Source: Candidatus Bathyarchaeota archaeon (GTDB lineage: Archaea > Thermoproteota > Bathyarchaeia > Bathyarchaeales > Bathyarchaeaceae). Taken from it: a stretch of DNA of 64,000 nucleotides. Of the stretch, positions 41,300 through 54,109 are shown piece after piece; within the stretch, counting starts at the first letter, position 1; each line of letters starts with the position of its first letter. The position numbers and the translations under genes were made by a program. Under the pieces are notes generated by a model. The model was not told where the DNA came from. It worked only from the letters and a program-made list of their open reading frames with translations, and did no database searches. The stretch lies in assembly GCA_963697165.1 (NCBI GenBank), contig CAVOMX010000025.1:32001-96000 (forward strand), given 5' to 3'.

Positions 41300-41884
41300 T
41301 TGGAGACACCGAAACACATGAATGAAAGCGAAAACAGCTCAATCATGCGTGTTGTCAAAAAACTTGCAAAAACAAAACTCAGCAGCCTCGCAATTCATAA
41401 GCTAGAGCAAATCGCAACCAAAGTGGGCGTAGAAGAGAAAGAGCTGTTTCAACTCTACGTTGAAGCAAAGAATCGCTCCCTGATAGAAAGTTTTGCAGCC
41501 ACACCATACAACGAAAGAATCGTATTGCTTCCTCAATGTCTCCGCGACAAAGATTGTCCAGCAGAAATAGGCAAATACGGTTACGAATGCAAGCAATGCG
41601 GAAGATGCAGCGTCAGCAAAGATAGTGGAGACTAACTAAAGATTTGGGCTATAAGGGCACATTTCGTCATGCCCGGAGGAAGTTTAGCAAAAAATATTAT
41701 GCTTGAACTTAAACCCAAGGCATCTCTGGGCGTTGCATGCTCCAAAGAACTTGTCATGGGAAGCTACCTCTGTGAGAAAGTGGGAGTAATCGGTCAAGGC
41801 GTAGAACTGCTTAAAGATGGATGCATTAACACAGTCGTGGATATGAAGATTCTAAAAGATGCTCTGAAAGTCAGCGTGCTTTAA
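41300..41884 (+). CDS. DUF116-domain protein, frameshifted
   Basis: LPQCLR..CPA...C..CG.C, then PGGS...GVAC..EL...GC.NT in the next frame. Confidence 0.8.
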
Positions 41885-41886
41885 GT

Positions 41887-42671
41887 TTACCAATCAAAGG
41901 ATTGGCTGCCAACAGCTTTAAGGATTTTTTTGGGTGAAAAAGGAACCAGAACAGCGGATTTAAGGAAACGTCCAAGCTTCGGAATCAGCCCCACAGCATC
42001 AGTTCCCAACTTGCAGAGAACAATCTGTTCAAGAACACCCAAAGACTCTATTCGGATTATGTCCCGAGAGTGCCTAGACGAATTCACGGCTTGCTCAACG
42101 TCAGAGAAAAGAGAACCTAAAATAAGTAGCCGATCAAACCTGCATCGAACCCAACTGCGAAACAAAGAAAGCTTGGCGCTCAGAGAGAACCGCCTCAACA
42201 GTTCTTGCTATCTGTCCCAACCTTTTTGGCAATCTTGACTTCAAGGGGCACATTATCATACAAACAAAAAAGCTCAACTAAACGCTTAAGCGAAAGCTTC
42301 CTACCGTCAGCCAACTGAGCACGCAATTGATTCTCGGAAAGAACAGCATCACAAGTTTCCAAAGAAACAACCCCCAAATCCACATAAAGCTCACTTTCGC
42401 TTTTACCCGAAAAAACAATCTTACCACGCATAACAGAAAACTTTTCTAGACCATCCAAAGAAGCAGGCGCCAATCCGACTTCACGGTCAAGCAAACTCAG
42501 GGCTGCGGTTTTGTCATCTCCTGATACGTCCAGTTTTATCCACCCACTGTCTGTTGTGCCAGCGAAATGCAACTGCACGTTAAGACCGCTAATCAAACTA
42601 GAATAGAGCTCCTCAAAGGTTGCAGGGGAACAGGAGCCGTAAAGCTTCTCAAGAACGGTGACTGTTGGCAT
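41887..42671 (-). CDS. DUF2110-family protein, frameshifted near 42200
   Basis: LEKLYG...GWI...G.D; DIIRIESLG.LE....CK.GTDAVGLIP; usual position after the HD gene. Confidence 0.75.
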
Positions 42672-43203
42672 TCAAATCGCCTATCAAAAGAGAAAGCTCT
42701 TCGTGGAGCCTTATAACCCGATCTATAGCAGGATGGTTCTCTCCAAGTTTCCTAGAAAACTGTTCTATTGTCCGCTCTATCGGCACAATACTGGAACCTT
42801 CAATCAGCTTGTCAGTGTAAGCCACAAGTTTTTCTTCCAAAGTTGCCGGAACATAATCTTTTACGGGCAAACCAAGCTTTTTTGCTTCATCAGCACCTAT
42901 GCCTCCACCAATGTGACACTCAATAATGGACACTATAGGCTCCGGCAGATTCAAGGATTTGGCGATTTCCACGCCAACAACAGCATGTGATACATCATGC
43001 GTTTTTGAGCGCCCAATATCATGAAGAAGAGCGCCAACCTCAACAAGGTCAACATCAACAGGTAATCCCTTGCTTTCGCAGACTCTAGCAAATTTAACAG
43101 CAAGAACAGAAACCGCTTTACAATGAGCAATAACCTGCTCGGAACAACCGACATCAGAAAGAAAACTCAGCGCCATCTGCGACGACGGCAGCTTCTCATT
43201 CAC
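42649..43203 (-). CDS. HD-domain protein (TIGR00295-like)
   Basis: VIAHC, LLHDIGRSKTH, HIGGG, EEKLVAY.DKL. Confidence 0.9.
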   Translation of the reverse strand: MNEKLPSSQMALSFLSDVGCSEQVIAHCKAVSVLAVKFARVCESKGLPVDVDLVEVGALLHDIGRSKTHDVSHAVVGVEIAKSLNLPEPIVSIIECHIGGGIGADEAKKLGLPVKDYVPATLEEKLVAYTDKLIEGSSIVPIERTIEQFSRKLGENHPAIDRVIRLHEELSLLIGDLNANSHRS

Positions 43204-43708
43204 CTAATTCCTTCTTCAGAGCCTCAACCCGCTCCATCAAAGAAGCCTTCAGTTCAGTGTTATCGAAATGCATCAAAAGCTTGTTGCAGGTGGGGCACCT
43301 AAAAACAAGTTCCATAGCTTCTTCAAAGGGAATCCGTTTACATCCCTCAGTAAAACAGTAATAGAAGTCATGTGCCTGCTCATAATCGAGCCTCGTTTCA
43401 AGTTTTTCTAGAACACGACGCTTCTGATTCAAAATGAATCCTGCAAGCTGATCAAGCTGCAGTCTCCAGTGAAAAATAAACCAGCCTGTGGTTTTGTCAC
43501 GAGACCTTCTTAATCCCACAAGAGAATGATCGTAGAGCTTGTAGAGAATCCTGCGAACCGTGTTGAGCCGTATCTCGGTTTTTGCTGCAATCTCATCATC
43601 TGTGGTTTCTCCGATTCCTTTAAGGGAACTAATAATCTGAACAGCCTCTTCGCCCCCAAAGGCTTCGGCAACCTTCTGCAAAGTTTTATCGTCTACAATA
43701 GATAACAT
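43196..43708 (-). CDS. tfe: Transcription factor E (alpha)
   Basis: TDDEIA...LNTVRRILYKL...RDKTTGWFIFHW; C...C...FRCPTC. Confidence 0.93.
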   Translation of the reverse strand: MLSIVDDKTLQKVAEAFGGEEAVQIISSLKGIGETTDDEIAAKTEIRLNTVRRILYKLYDHSLVGLRRSRDKTTGWFIFHWRLQLDQLAGFILNQKRRVLEKLETRLDYEQAHDFYYCFTEGCKRIPFEEAMELVFRCPTCNKLLMHFDNTELKASLMERVEALKKELGE

Positions 43709-43782
43709 TGAAACTTGTACTCCACTCTTCCAATATACTATGGAAACAGAGCTTAAATCTCTTACCAAATTTAGTCCATAAA

Positions 43783-44324
<542 letters not shown>

Positions 44325-44353
44325 CCTTGTTGGGGTCTCCTTCGCTTTTGTCT

Positions 44354-45613
44354 TCAGACTTGAACTCTCCTCCTAGTTTTTTTACTGCGTCCCTTAACCC
44401 TGTCTGCTAACCAAGGAATCGCACGGAAGACAACTTTCACAAGATCACCTTCATATTCGATATTCTGCACATGGGCACGATTGAAAAGGTCCGAAACCAA
44501 GGACAATGATTCGTCGTTTATTTTCACGGAAAAAGATGTCTCAACGAAGCCTTCTAGGTAGCGGGTAATCTTCTGCTTCAACAAATCCACGTTGGTTTTA
44601 GTCAACGTTGAAATATGAACAGGGTTTACTGCACGCTCATTCATATACTCAATCTTGCGCTTCAGCTCATCTTCGTCAAGCAAATCTATTTTGTTTAGCG
44701 CAGTTACGACAGGTATTCCTGATGCTCCAATTTGCTTTATTGTATCAAGACAACAAGTGAGCTTACGTTCAATGTCTTTTTCGGGTTCGCTCAAGTCAAC
44801 AACTAGGATAATCACGTCTGAAAAAATTGTTTCCTCAAGGGTTGAATGAAAAGCCTTAATCAGTTTCAGTGGCAGATGGTCAATGAAGCCAACTGTGTCC
44901 GTTAACAGGACCTTTCTTTTAGAAAACTGCACCGCCCGAGTCGTAGTGGAAAGAGTAGTAAAGAGAGCGTTGTCAACAGTAACAGCTTCTTCTGCAAGCA
45001 CATTAAACAGTGAACTTTTACCCGCGTTTGTGTACCCAGCCAAAGAAATCGAGGAAAACCCTAATTCGGTTCTTCGGATACGATGCAATTGACGTTCTTC
45101 CTGCTTCTTTTTCAGTTTTTCTTTGGTAGAAGTGATTTGCCGCTTCACAGTCTCGAAGTAAACATCCACTTCATATTTTCCCAGCCCTCCAAAACCGGGC
45201 TGCTCCTCAATCTTTGCCAGCTTCACCCGTTCTTTTGCCCTCGACAATTCGTATCGAAGAGTAGCCAACTGAATCTGAAGCTCTGCCTCATAGGTTGAAG
45301 CTCTTATGGAAAAGATTTCGAGAATAAGCTGAAAGCGGTCAATAACAAGCAAGCCCGTAATCTTAGCCAAGTTATAGGCTTGAGTAGGCGTCAACTCGTT
45401 ATCGAAAACAATCTTCTCGGCGCCAGTTGCTTTAGCCAAATCTGCTAGCTCAGTTGTTTTGCCGCGTCCAATCTGGTAGCTGGGGTCTCGTTTCCTGACT
45501 TGTTCCATGGAGCCCACAATAGTGTATCCTGCTGCCTTAGCGAGGTTCCCAAGTTCATCTAGGCTTGAAAGTTCTGTGGGAAGCCGCCGTTGAACGATTA
45601 TCGTTTTCGTTAT
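44354..45613 (-). CDS. hflX: GTPase HflX
   Basis: IGRGK, DRFQLILEIF, GYTNAGKSS, LFTTL, DTVGFI, NKID. Frame is open upstream to an ATA overlapping the mbf1 stop. Confidence 0.93.
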   Translation of the reverse strand: MTKTIIVQRRLPTELSSLDELGNLAKAAGYTIVGSMEQVRKRDPSYQIGRGKTTELADLAKATGAEKIVFDNELTPTQAYNLAKITGLLVIDRFQLILEIFSIRASTYEAELQIQLATLRYELSRAKERVKLAKIEEQPGFGGLGKYEVDVYFETVKRQITSTKEKLKKKQEERQLHRIRRTELGFSSISLAGYTNAGKSSLFNVLAEEAVTVDNALFTTLSTTTRAVQFSKRKVLLTDTVGFIDHLPLKLIKAFHSTLEETIFSDVIILVVDLSEPEKDIERKLTCCLDTIKQIGASGIPVVTALNKIDLLDEDELKRKIEYMNERAVNPVHISTLTKTNVDLLKQKITRYLEGFVETSFSVKINDESLSLVSDLFNRAHVQNIEYEGDLVKVVFRAIPWLADRVKGRSKKTRRRVQV

Positions 45614-46125
45614 TTCTCCGCCTCCTTTTCCTTCAACTTGAAATTGATAAGGTCTCCCAAGGTTGTTCCTTGAGGTTTATTTGCTGAACTAATCTGAGTT
45701 TTAGGTTCTGAAGGAGGCACACGAAGCTTTATTTTCAGTGTATGCTCCAGCTTTTCTGCAAGCCCAAGATCTGGAACCATTTTGTTATTCTCAATCTTAC
45801 GCAGAACCGAGACGCGTTCTCTGGTTTTTCTACCCAAATCCTCATGACTCATGCCCAAACCCTCTCTAGCCTGCCTCACCAGCGGACCCACGTTTTCCAC
45901 GAGCTCCAAGGTTTCAGGTACCGTTGCAAGCTGTTTTCTTTTTGCGAAAGTTATTGGCTGACGGGGTATGCCCTTTTTTGTACTCTTTTGAGGTGTAGGT
46001 TCCCAGTAGCCAGAACCCAGGTTACTGCATTCAGAACAGACAGCCAAATTGGCTCCTTCAATTATCGCCCTGAATGGGGCACCAAATATTTGACGACCAC
46101 AGACTTCACACAGCAAGAAAAGCAC
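45610..46125 (-). CDS. mbf1: Archaeal multiprotein bridging factor aMBF1
   Basis: CEVCG...C..C Zn ribbon, Cro-like HTH, TLGD. Confidence 0.9.
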   Translation of the reverse strand: MLFLLCEVCGRQIFGAPFRAIIEGANLAVCSECSNLGSGYWEPTPQKSTKKGIPRQPITFAKRKQLATVPETLELVENVGPLVRQAREGLGMSHEDLGRKTRERVSVLRKIENNKMVPDLGLAEKLEHTLKIKLRVPPSEPKTQISSANKPQGTTLGDLINFKLKEKEAEK

Positions 46126-46302
46126 TCACCTAACTATTTCAACGCAAGCCGATTCTTTATACTTGTCGATTTTATAGGATTTGACAGTCAAACAACTAAA
46201 CAAAACCTCCGAAAAATAGTAAATAGCTCTTCAGTTTGACATAAAAGCCGCAAATTATTTAGGGAGACAAAAACTATTATTATATTGTGGAGTGATGATT
46301 TT

Positions 46303-46542
46303 ATGCCTATGGCTTTCGTATTGATAAACACTGAGATAGGATCTGAAAGCGAAGTTTTAGATGAATTGAAAAAGATCGATGCGGTGAAGGAAGCTTACAT
46401 GGTTTATGGCGTTTACGATGTCGTAGCTAAGGTCGGCGCAAATACGATGGAGAAGCTTAAAGAAATTGTCACATGGAACGTGAGAAGACTGGACAAGGTT
46501 CGGTCAACCTTAACCATGATAGTTATCGAGGGACAAAAGTAG
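46303..46542 (+). CDS. Stand-alone Lrp/AsnC ligand-binding-domain protein
   Basis: AFVLIN...[11 protein letters not shown]...VRSTLTMIV. Confidence 0.88.
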   Translation: MPMAFVLINTEIGSESEVLDELKKIDAVKEAYMVYGVYDVVAKVGANTMEKLKEIVTWNVRRLDKVRSTLTMIVIEGQK

Positions 46543-46655
46543 CCTCCACCTCCCCCCTTTTCTATTTAACGCATTCCAATTATCTAATAAGCAACTTTTT
46601 ATCTGAATGTTCTTATCCGCCCGGCAATCTAACTACAGGCAACGAGCGGAAGCTA

Positions 46656-47982
46656 ATGGTTAAGCTGCACATAGGATTCGACGACACCGATTCGCCAAAT
46701 GGAGGTTGCACTACTTACATAGCAGCCATCCTAGTCGAAAAATTGAGCAGCATGGGCTGTCTCCTTCACGGATTACCCCAGCTTAGTCAGGCTTAACCCA
46801 AATGTTCCATGGAAGACCAGAGGTAACGGAGCGCTATGCCTACAACTTATTTGCCCAGAAAACCTCGTGGATACAATCAAAGAGACAGTTATAGACACAG
46901 TTGAAGCTAACTCTGAGCTGGGTTATGATGGAACAGACCCCGGAATAGTATTCATTTTAGAGGAAGTTCCCCAAGAAATCAGGGACTTTGCAAAAAAAGC
47001 TGAGCAGAGCATCTTAACAATCGAAGCGGCAGTGAAGCTCGCTAAAAAAGTTAACGCCGAGGCAGTAGGATTCAAGAAGGGAAGAGGAATCATCGGAGGC
47101 TTAGCCGCCATCGGAGAGGACCTGAAGGGAGACCACACTTTTGAGATTATATCTTATAGAACGCCAGAAAATCGAGACAAACCTCGCCGCGTACATGCTT
47201 CATCCGTGAAAACGATGGACAAAAACTCGTCTCTTACATTCAATAATGTAGACCCTGAAACGGGTAGAGTCCTCATCACGCCCAGAGGACCTGACCCGAT
47301 CCTTTGTGGAATCAGAGGCGAAACCCCAGAGGCAGTTAAACAGGCGTACGAGATGATCACAATCGATGAACCGGTTGAGAGATGGATGATTTTTCGTACA
47401 AACCAAGGAACAGACGCTCATCTAAGGAGGGTCAGCGCAGTTGCGGATATACAGCCATATAATCCTGTGGTTGCGCAGGGAGTGGTATCCAAGGAACCAA
47501 AGGTAATCCAAGGCGGTCATGTAATCTTTTCGATCAAGGACGAAACAGGGGAAGTGAATTGTGCCGCCTATGAACCTACTGTGAGTCTATGCAAAACAGC
47601 AAGAAAACTGATGGCAGGAGACATCGTGAAGGTATATGGGGGCGTTCGTCCTTCTTCTTCAGAGCATCAGTTAACCATCAATCTTGAAAAGATGAGGATA
47701 TTGGAATTGGCTCCTAGAGTATCGTTTGTTAATCCAAACTGCCCTGAATGCACTAAGAGAATGAAGTCTATGGGAAAAAATCAGGGTTTCAGGTGTGACA
47801 AGTGCAGTTTTCGTTCTTCTCAGATAAAGAAGCTGGCGGTCAATGAAGAGCGTGGGCTTGAGAGGGGACTTTACATTACGTCGCAAAGGTCTCAGAGGCA
47901 TCTAACAAAGCCATATTGCCGATACGGGAAAGAAAAAACTGGGGCATCAAAAGAAATGATCGAAAACTGGCATTATCCGTGA
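46656..47982 (+). CDS. tiaS: tRNA(Ile2) agmatinylcytidine synthase, frameshifted near 46770
   Basis: [48 protein letters not shown]; Zn ribbon; RHLTKP. Confidence 0.93.
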
Positions 47983-48087
47983 AATTCTAGAAGATCCTCT
48001 TTCGCGGGGTGGGAGTCTTAATTACTGTTTTGACAGTAAACTTAAATGCTTCTGGAGAAAAGTTACGGACTGGAAAAAGGGTACATC

Positions 48088-49518
48088 ATGAAGTTCTCGT
48101 TCATTAATCCGGGTCCAAATCCTGAGTTGCCTATCGAAGATGTTAAGAAGATGGTGGGAGCAGCGCCTCCCCTTGGCATGCTTTACATCGCAACTTACCT
48201 TAGAGAGAATGGAGTAGACATCTCGATTATAGACGAGGCTGCGCAGGGCTACTCCCTGAAGGACATAATTGATTGGGTGAAAAAAGAGGACCCTGAGATT
48301 CTAGGTTTTTCAACATGCAGCAGTTCAGGACGCAAAGCCGCGCTTATCGCAGAGAAAGTGAAGAGTGAGAACCCTAACACGGTCACTGTTTTCGGCAACT
48401 TTTATGCCACCTTCAACGCTGAGCGGATTCTGAAGAAGTATCCTTTTGTTGACGCGATTATCAGGGGAGAAGGAGAACACACTAGCCTCGAACTGGCAAA
48501 GTGTCTAGAAAAAAATGGTGACCTGAAGAAAGTTTTGGGAATCAACTTTAGAGATAATGGCAAGATAATTTCAACCCCTGATAGACCATTAATCAAGGAT
48601 GTTGATTCGCTGCCTTTTCCAGACAGGGAACTGCTGGATGTAGAATATCATAATACTACCGCGGGTATAGTTGTTGCACCAAAAAAGTTCAGCAGCTTTG
48701 TCTCGTCTAGAGGCTGCGTTTTTAGGTGCCGTTTCTGTGGATGTCGAAGATTAGCCCGCAGCCTTTGGCGGTCTAGGTCTGTGGATAACATAATGGAGGA
48801 GCTGCATTTGTTGTCCAGTCAGGGCTACAAGCAGTTTCTTTTTGTTGATGACAATTTCACCTTGAACACCAAAAGAGTGATTAAACTTTGCCGAAGATTG
48901 AAAAAAGAGAAGGTGGACATAGAATTTTTTGCTGAGGGTAGAGTTGACAATTGTCCCCGAGATATGCTGCAGGAGATGTCAAGGGCTAACTGTAAAATGA
49001 TGTATTTTGGAATCGAAAATGGCACTCAGAAGGTTCTGGATTACTACGATAAACAGACTACTACTCAGCAGGCGATTGATGCACTTAAAGCAGCCAAGAA
49101 AGCGGGCATAGATGTGACGGTTGCATCATTTATTTTGGGGGCACCCCATGAAACAAGACAAGAGATTCTGAATACTCTAAAGTATGCGCAGAAGATTGAG
49201 GCGGACATTCCACAATTCAACATATTAGCCACTTTTCCGGGAACCGACATCTGGGAGGAACTGAAGATGCATGGTTTGATAGATGAAGAGAAGCATTGGG
49301 AGACAGGAGTTTTGGTGTCTGAAGTTTCGCCTGACGCTGTGCCCGCCAAAGAGATTGAGCAGATGATTCATGATGGCTATCAGCGATTCTTCATTAGACC
49401 AAACTATATTGTGAAACAGTTGCTTAGAATCGGCATAAGCTCGTATCGATTCAATGTTTTGCTTAGCAACCTGAAGAGGGCTAACACTGTAGCTGAAGGC
49501 ATAAGGGACGTCACTTAA
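48088..49518 (+). CDS. Cobalamin-binding radical SAM protein
   Basis: PPLGMLYIA, RGEGE, SRGCVFRCRFC, FVDDNF, GIENG, PGT. Confidence 0.9.
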   Translation: MKFSFINPGPNPELPIEDVKKMVGAAPPLGMLYIATYLRENGVDISIIDEAAQGYSLKDIIDWVKKEDPEILGFSTCSSSGRKAALIAEKVKSENPNTVTVFGNFYATFNAERILKKYPFVDAIIRGEGEHTSLELAKCLEKNGDLKKVLGINFRDNGKIISTPDRPLIKDVDSLPFPDRELLDVEYHNTTAGIVVAPKKFSSFVSSRGCVFRCRFCGCRRLARSLWRSRSVDNIMEELHLLSSQGYKQFLFVDDNFTLNTKRVIKLCRRLKKEKVDIEFFAEGRVDNCPRDMLQEMSRANCKMMYFGIENGTQKVLDYYDKQTTTQQAIDALKAAKKAGIDVTVASFILGAPHETRQEILNTLKYAQKIEADIPQFNILATFPGTDIWEELKMHGLIDEEKHWETGVLVSEVSPDAVPAKEIEQMIHDGYQRFFIRPNYIVKQLLRIGISSYRFNVLLSNLKRANTVAEGIRDVT

Positions 49519-49582
49519 AGGTTATAACAGGAAAACCAAAATATTATTGGTTACAGTATAGCTTCTGCAATTCTATTGAGAA

Positions 49583-50503
49583 GTGAATGACATGTATGAT
49601 GTAATAATTCTTGGTTCTGGACCAGCTGGTTTGACAGCCGCCATTTACACGAGCAGGGCTGGATTGAAAACTCTTGTTGTTGCAGGAGCCATGTGGGGTG
49701 GTCAGCTCATGCTTACGCGGGAAGTAGAGAATTTTCCGGGATTCGAAAACGGAATACTTGGACCCACACTCATGGAGCAGATACGAAAACAGGCTGAACG
49801 CTGCGGCGCAGAATTAATCTTCGAACATGCCACCGCTGCAGACTTCAGGTCCAAGCCCTTCAAGGTGACGGCTGGAAACAAAGTTTACGAAACAAAATCG
49901 GTTATCATAGCCACTGGCGCTTTGGCTAAGTGGTTGGGATTAGAAAGCGAAACACGTCTTAGAGGCAGGGGAGTTTCGGTTTGTGCTACATGCGATGCGC
50001 CATTTTTCAGGAACAAGATAGTTGTGGTTGTGGGGGGAGGAGACACAGCCATAGAGGAGGCACTCTTTCTTTCTAAAGTTGTGAGCGAAGTAAAAGTTAT
50101 TCATAGACGAGACAAGTTACGGGCTTGCAATTGGCTTCAAGAAAAGGCTTTTGCGAATCCAAAGATATCGTTTATGTGGAACATCACAGTAACGGACATT
50201 CTGGGCAAAGACAGAGTTGAAGGAATTAAGCTTAGAAATGTTGTTTCTGGCGAAGATTCTGTTCTTTCGTGTGACGCGGTTTTCTTAGCTATAGGCTACA
50301 CGCCAAACACGAGCATCTTCAGAGACCAAATTGAACTAGACGATAACGGTTATATTGAAGCCAGAGAAGAAACACGAACCAATATAGACGGAGTCTTCGT
50401 TGCAGGCGATGTAGCAGATTACCGTTACCGCCAAGCCATTGCAGCCGCGGGGTCTGGATGCAAAGCCGCCCTTGATGCAGAAAAATATCTGATAGAAACT
50501 TGA
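49583..50503 (+). CDS. trxB: Thioredoxin-disulfide reductase
   Basis: GSGPAG, CATCD, GGGDTA, HRRD, AGDV, QAI.AAG.G. Confidence 0.95.
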   Translation: MNDMYDVIILGSGPAGLTAAIYTSRAGLKTLVVAGAMWGGQLMLTREVENFPGFENGILGPTLMEQIRKQAERCGAELIFEHATAADFRSKPFKVTAGNKVYETKSVIIATGALAKWLGLESETRLRGRGVSVCATCDAPFFRNKIVVVVGGGDTAIEEALFLSKVVSEVKVIHRRDKLRACNWLQEKAFANPKISFMWNITVTDILGKDRVEGIKLRNVVSGEDSVLSCDAVFLAIGYTPNTSIFRDQIELDDNGYIEAREETRTNIDGVFVAGDVADYRYRQAIAAAGSGCKAALDAEKYLIET

Positions 50504-50624
50504 AAGCAATTTATCTCAATTTGTTCAAAATGCATTTGAAAACGAAGATGCCACAGTCGAGATTAACAAAGCTTTTACACGTGATAAGACAATAAAACGG
50601 GTTGAATACTTCTCCACAGAATAC

Positions 50625-51882
50625 GTGGCAGCGGAGAAAGGAAAAGAGTCAGCAATGAGCGCACAATCTTACTCAAAAAAGTTGGGAATCGTAGGCAAAC
50701 CAAACACCGGAAAATCCACATTTTTCTCGGCTGCAACCCTAATTCCTGTAGATATCGGAAACTATCCATTCACCACCATCAAACCCAACCTAGGCGTAGG
50801 ATACCTACGGACGCCCTGTGTACACACAGAGTTCAACGTTGAAGACACCCCAAAAAATTCCCTTTGCCTAGACGGAATCAGACTAGTTCCGGTGGATTTG
50901 ATTGACGTGGCAGGACTTGTTCCCGGTGCATGGGAAGGACGGGGACTAGGAAACCAGTTTTTAGACGAAATCAGGAGAGCAGATGCACTTCTTCATGTGG
51001 TTGATGCTTCCGGGTCAACAGATTGTGAAGGAAGAATCTGCAAACAGGGGTAACATGACCCATTAGAGGATGTTAAGTTTCTTGAGACTGAGATAACCAT
51101 GTGGATGCACCAGATACTGAAAAAGGACTGGGCTAAAATGATGAGGACCGCCGATTCTGGAAAAGAAAATTTGATTTCTCTTTTTGAATCGCGTTTGAGC
51201 GGATTGGCTATCAAACGGTTCCATATAATTGAGAGTCTAAGAAAAACAGACCTTACAATGGAAAAGCCGACCCTCTGGAGCGACGAGGATCTAATAACGT
51301 TCTTGGACTACGTTGAGAAGCGTTTCCAAGCCAATGTTGATTGTGGCAAACAAGATTGATCGTCCAGCAGCAGAAGAAAATGTTGAGCACCTAAAAGAAA
51401 GCGGATACAAGGTTGTGCCCTGTAGTGCAGAAGCAGAACTGGCACTCAGAAGAGCAGGAGAAAAAGGTTTAATCGACTACAAGCCTGGAGATTGTAAGTT
51501 AACGGCAAAAAATCCTGAAAAACTCACCCAATCCCAGAAGAGAGCATTGGAGGCGATTCAGGAACAGATTTTGTTCAAGTTTGGGGCTACTGGAGTCCAA
51601 GAAGCAATTAACACTGCCTTTTTTGAGCTATTGCAGATGGTTACTGTTTATCCAGTAGAAGACAGCGAACACCTAAGCGACCACAAGGGCAGAGTGCTTC
51701 CAGATGTTTATCTTGTACCCTTCGGGACTACTGCTCGAGAGCTTGCCTATATCATCCACACGGAACTAGGAGACAGTTTCATCCACGCAATTGACATTCG
51801 CGGAAAAAACAGAATTGGAGAAGACTATGTGCTAAAGGACAGGGACGTAGTTTCGATAGTCAGCGCCAAAAAAAGAGGCTAA
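50625..51882 (+). CDS. ychF: YchF/Obg-family ATPase with TGS domain, split by two indels
   Basis: [39 protein letters not shown] across three frames. Confidence 0.9.
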
Positions 51883-51884
51883 TT

Positions 51885-52668
51885 TTATTCGCCGAAACGA
51901 CGTTTTCGTTTCTGGTATGTTCTAACTGCACGCAGAAGGTCTATGAGTCTGAATTCTGGCCAGTTTACGTCTACAAAGCAGAGTTCACTGTAGGCGGACT
52001 GCCATGAGAGGAAACCGCTGAGTCGTTCTTCTCCTGAGGTTCGGATGATAAGGTCAGCGTCTTGTTTTGGCATGTGGGCGGTGTATAGATATTTTTCGAA
52101 GACCTTCTCGTTTATTTTGTCGGGATTTAGTTCTCCCTTTACCGCCTTTTTTGCTATCTTTTTTGTTGCATCAACTATTTCTGCTCTTCCACCGTAAGCT
52201 AGAGCCACATTTAAGAGTCGGTCAGGATACGTTTTTGTTGATTCTTCTACGCGCTGGATAACTTCTTGCATTGATTTAGGCAAGAGGTCTGTGCGTCCTA
52301 TGACTTTGACTCTGATTTTGTTTTGGTGAATTTGTTCATTCTCAAGAATAGAAAACAGTTTTTCCTCAATCAGCTTCAAGATTTCCTCCACTTCTTTTGG
52401 GGCACGATGAAAGTTTTCGGTTGAAAAAGCGTATAGGGTAATGAATTTTACGTTCAGTCCTATGCACCAATCCATCAGCTCCTCGATCTTGTTGGCACCA
52501 TGGCGATGACCGACCCAAGAGATCAGAGCATTGTTGGAAGCCCATCTTCGGTTTCCGTCGAGGATGATGGCGATATGTTCTGGTTTTTTCTCCATCTTTA
52601 ACTTGGAACCACAGCCACTTCTCGTATAACTTGTAGATTCCTAAAAGAGAGAGTAAACCTTCAAGCAT
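51885..52668 (-). CDS. uppS: cis-Prenyltransferase (polyprenyl diphosphate synthase), N-terminal frameshift
   Basis: HIAIILDGNRRWA, FSTENF, YGGR, IRTSGE.RLSGF..WQ..YSE. Confidence 0.93.
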
Positions 52669-52831
52669 ATTTTTTACCACAGAGACTAAACAAGTCCGGC
52701 ATTACATTTCTTTCCGTTTGTTTAGTTGTTCCCAATTCATCATTAGGATGCCAGAAATATATAGACAGGATTTTTAGATAATAAACCTTTCAATTATCGA
52801 GAAGGTTTAGGGGGTCCAGTTGATCTGCCTG

Positions 52832-54005
52832 TCAGCTTTCCTCGAAGTCTTCCATTGTCTTGTCTGTTCCTTTGAAGTAGCTACTGTATTTTCTACGTAA
52901 CAGTAGCGCGGTTAAGAATGTGGATACTATCACGGGTATACCTCCGATGATGGCATAAACTAATGGAGTATAAGAGAACGCGGGGTCAATAAGAATCTGT
53001 GACACCTGAACAAATATAACCGAAGACCATGCAACCACAACTATAATTACAATGGTACGCCACAAACGTAAGTCCCGCTCAAAGAACCAGCGAACAGCCC
53101 TGCCTGAAAGTATAACACATATTCCGATAGCGATAAGGTATGTTGATTGTAAAAGAAATTCTCCGACAAGTCTTGGAACCTGTGCAAAGAGGTTCAGCCT
53201 CAGGATTAGCCACAGTTGCCACTGCGGTTCCTCCCAGATAGCCACCAACAAGAATCAGCAAGATTCCTGCAAGAGCTGAAAAGCCTGCTATCTGCACAGT
53301 AAATGGGGGCGGGGAGTATTCTCTTAGCCATTTAACAAAGCTATGTGCTGTTTTGTCGAGTCTGAATCCTCTCACAACAAGGAATGCACCTGCGATTACG
53401 GCGAGGGCTGGTATAGCGTATGTCAATCCGGTTGGGGTATAAATGCTAGGACACCTAAAACTATGAACAGGAGTCCTGGGAGACCTAGGAGCATTCGGGA
53501 ATATTTGGGGTTCTCTACAAGAATTTTCAGGTATCGACTAAAGAGCGCGGCTGATTCTTCGATGGATTTGCTGTGCTGTATCACAATTCTTCGAACAGAA
53601 GTAACTGGCACTCTTGATTCAATGAGCGGCAATACCATCTCGTCTGTGTAGCCGTCAGTAACTAGGATAACGTCTGTTGCCCGAAACTCTTTCTAGAACA
53701 TCAGTGAGTTCGGATACGAGTTGCCTGTCAGCTTCTACTCCTTTCAAATCGGAGCCTGCTATGGTTGCAACTTCGTACTCTTCCTCGCCTTTTGCGCTCT
53801 TTTTCAGGTTGTCATAAATTCTGACAGCTTCAAACATTGCATTGGCGTCAGCTTCTTCAGGGTCTCGGAGGGCGAGACTTGCAGCAGCATTCACGTTTTC
53901 TTTTCTTCCAACGATGGGCGTGTCTATTCCTGCTTTCATGCCGATGTCGTCGTCCCTGTCAACACATAGAACAAGAATTCGTTCCGCCTTGGCTGCTGTA
54001 GGCAT
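52832..54005 (-). CDS. DUF373-family membrane protein, split into four ORFs
   Basis: LVLCVDRDDDIG...DPEEADAN; VTDG..DE..LP.I.SR; IQHS.SIE; C-terminal TM segments. Confidence 0.85.
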
Positions 54006-54109
54006 ATTTGCTCTCCCTTATAGTACCCATTTATTCGGAGGCACACTTTAATTTTGTCTTTATTTTTTGTATTCAAGATTCTGTGAATCAGCTTTAACTA
54101 TGGCTGTCA

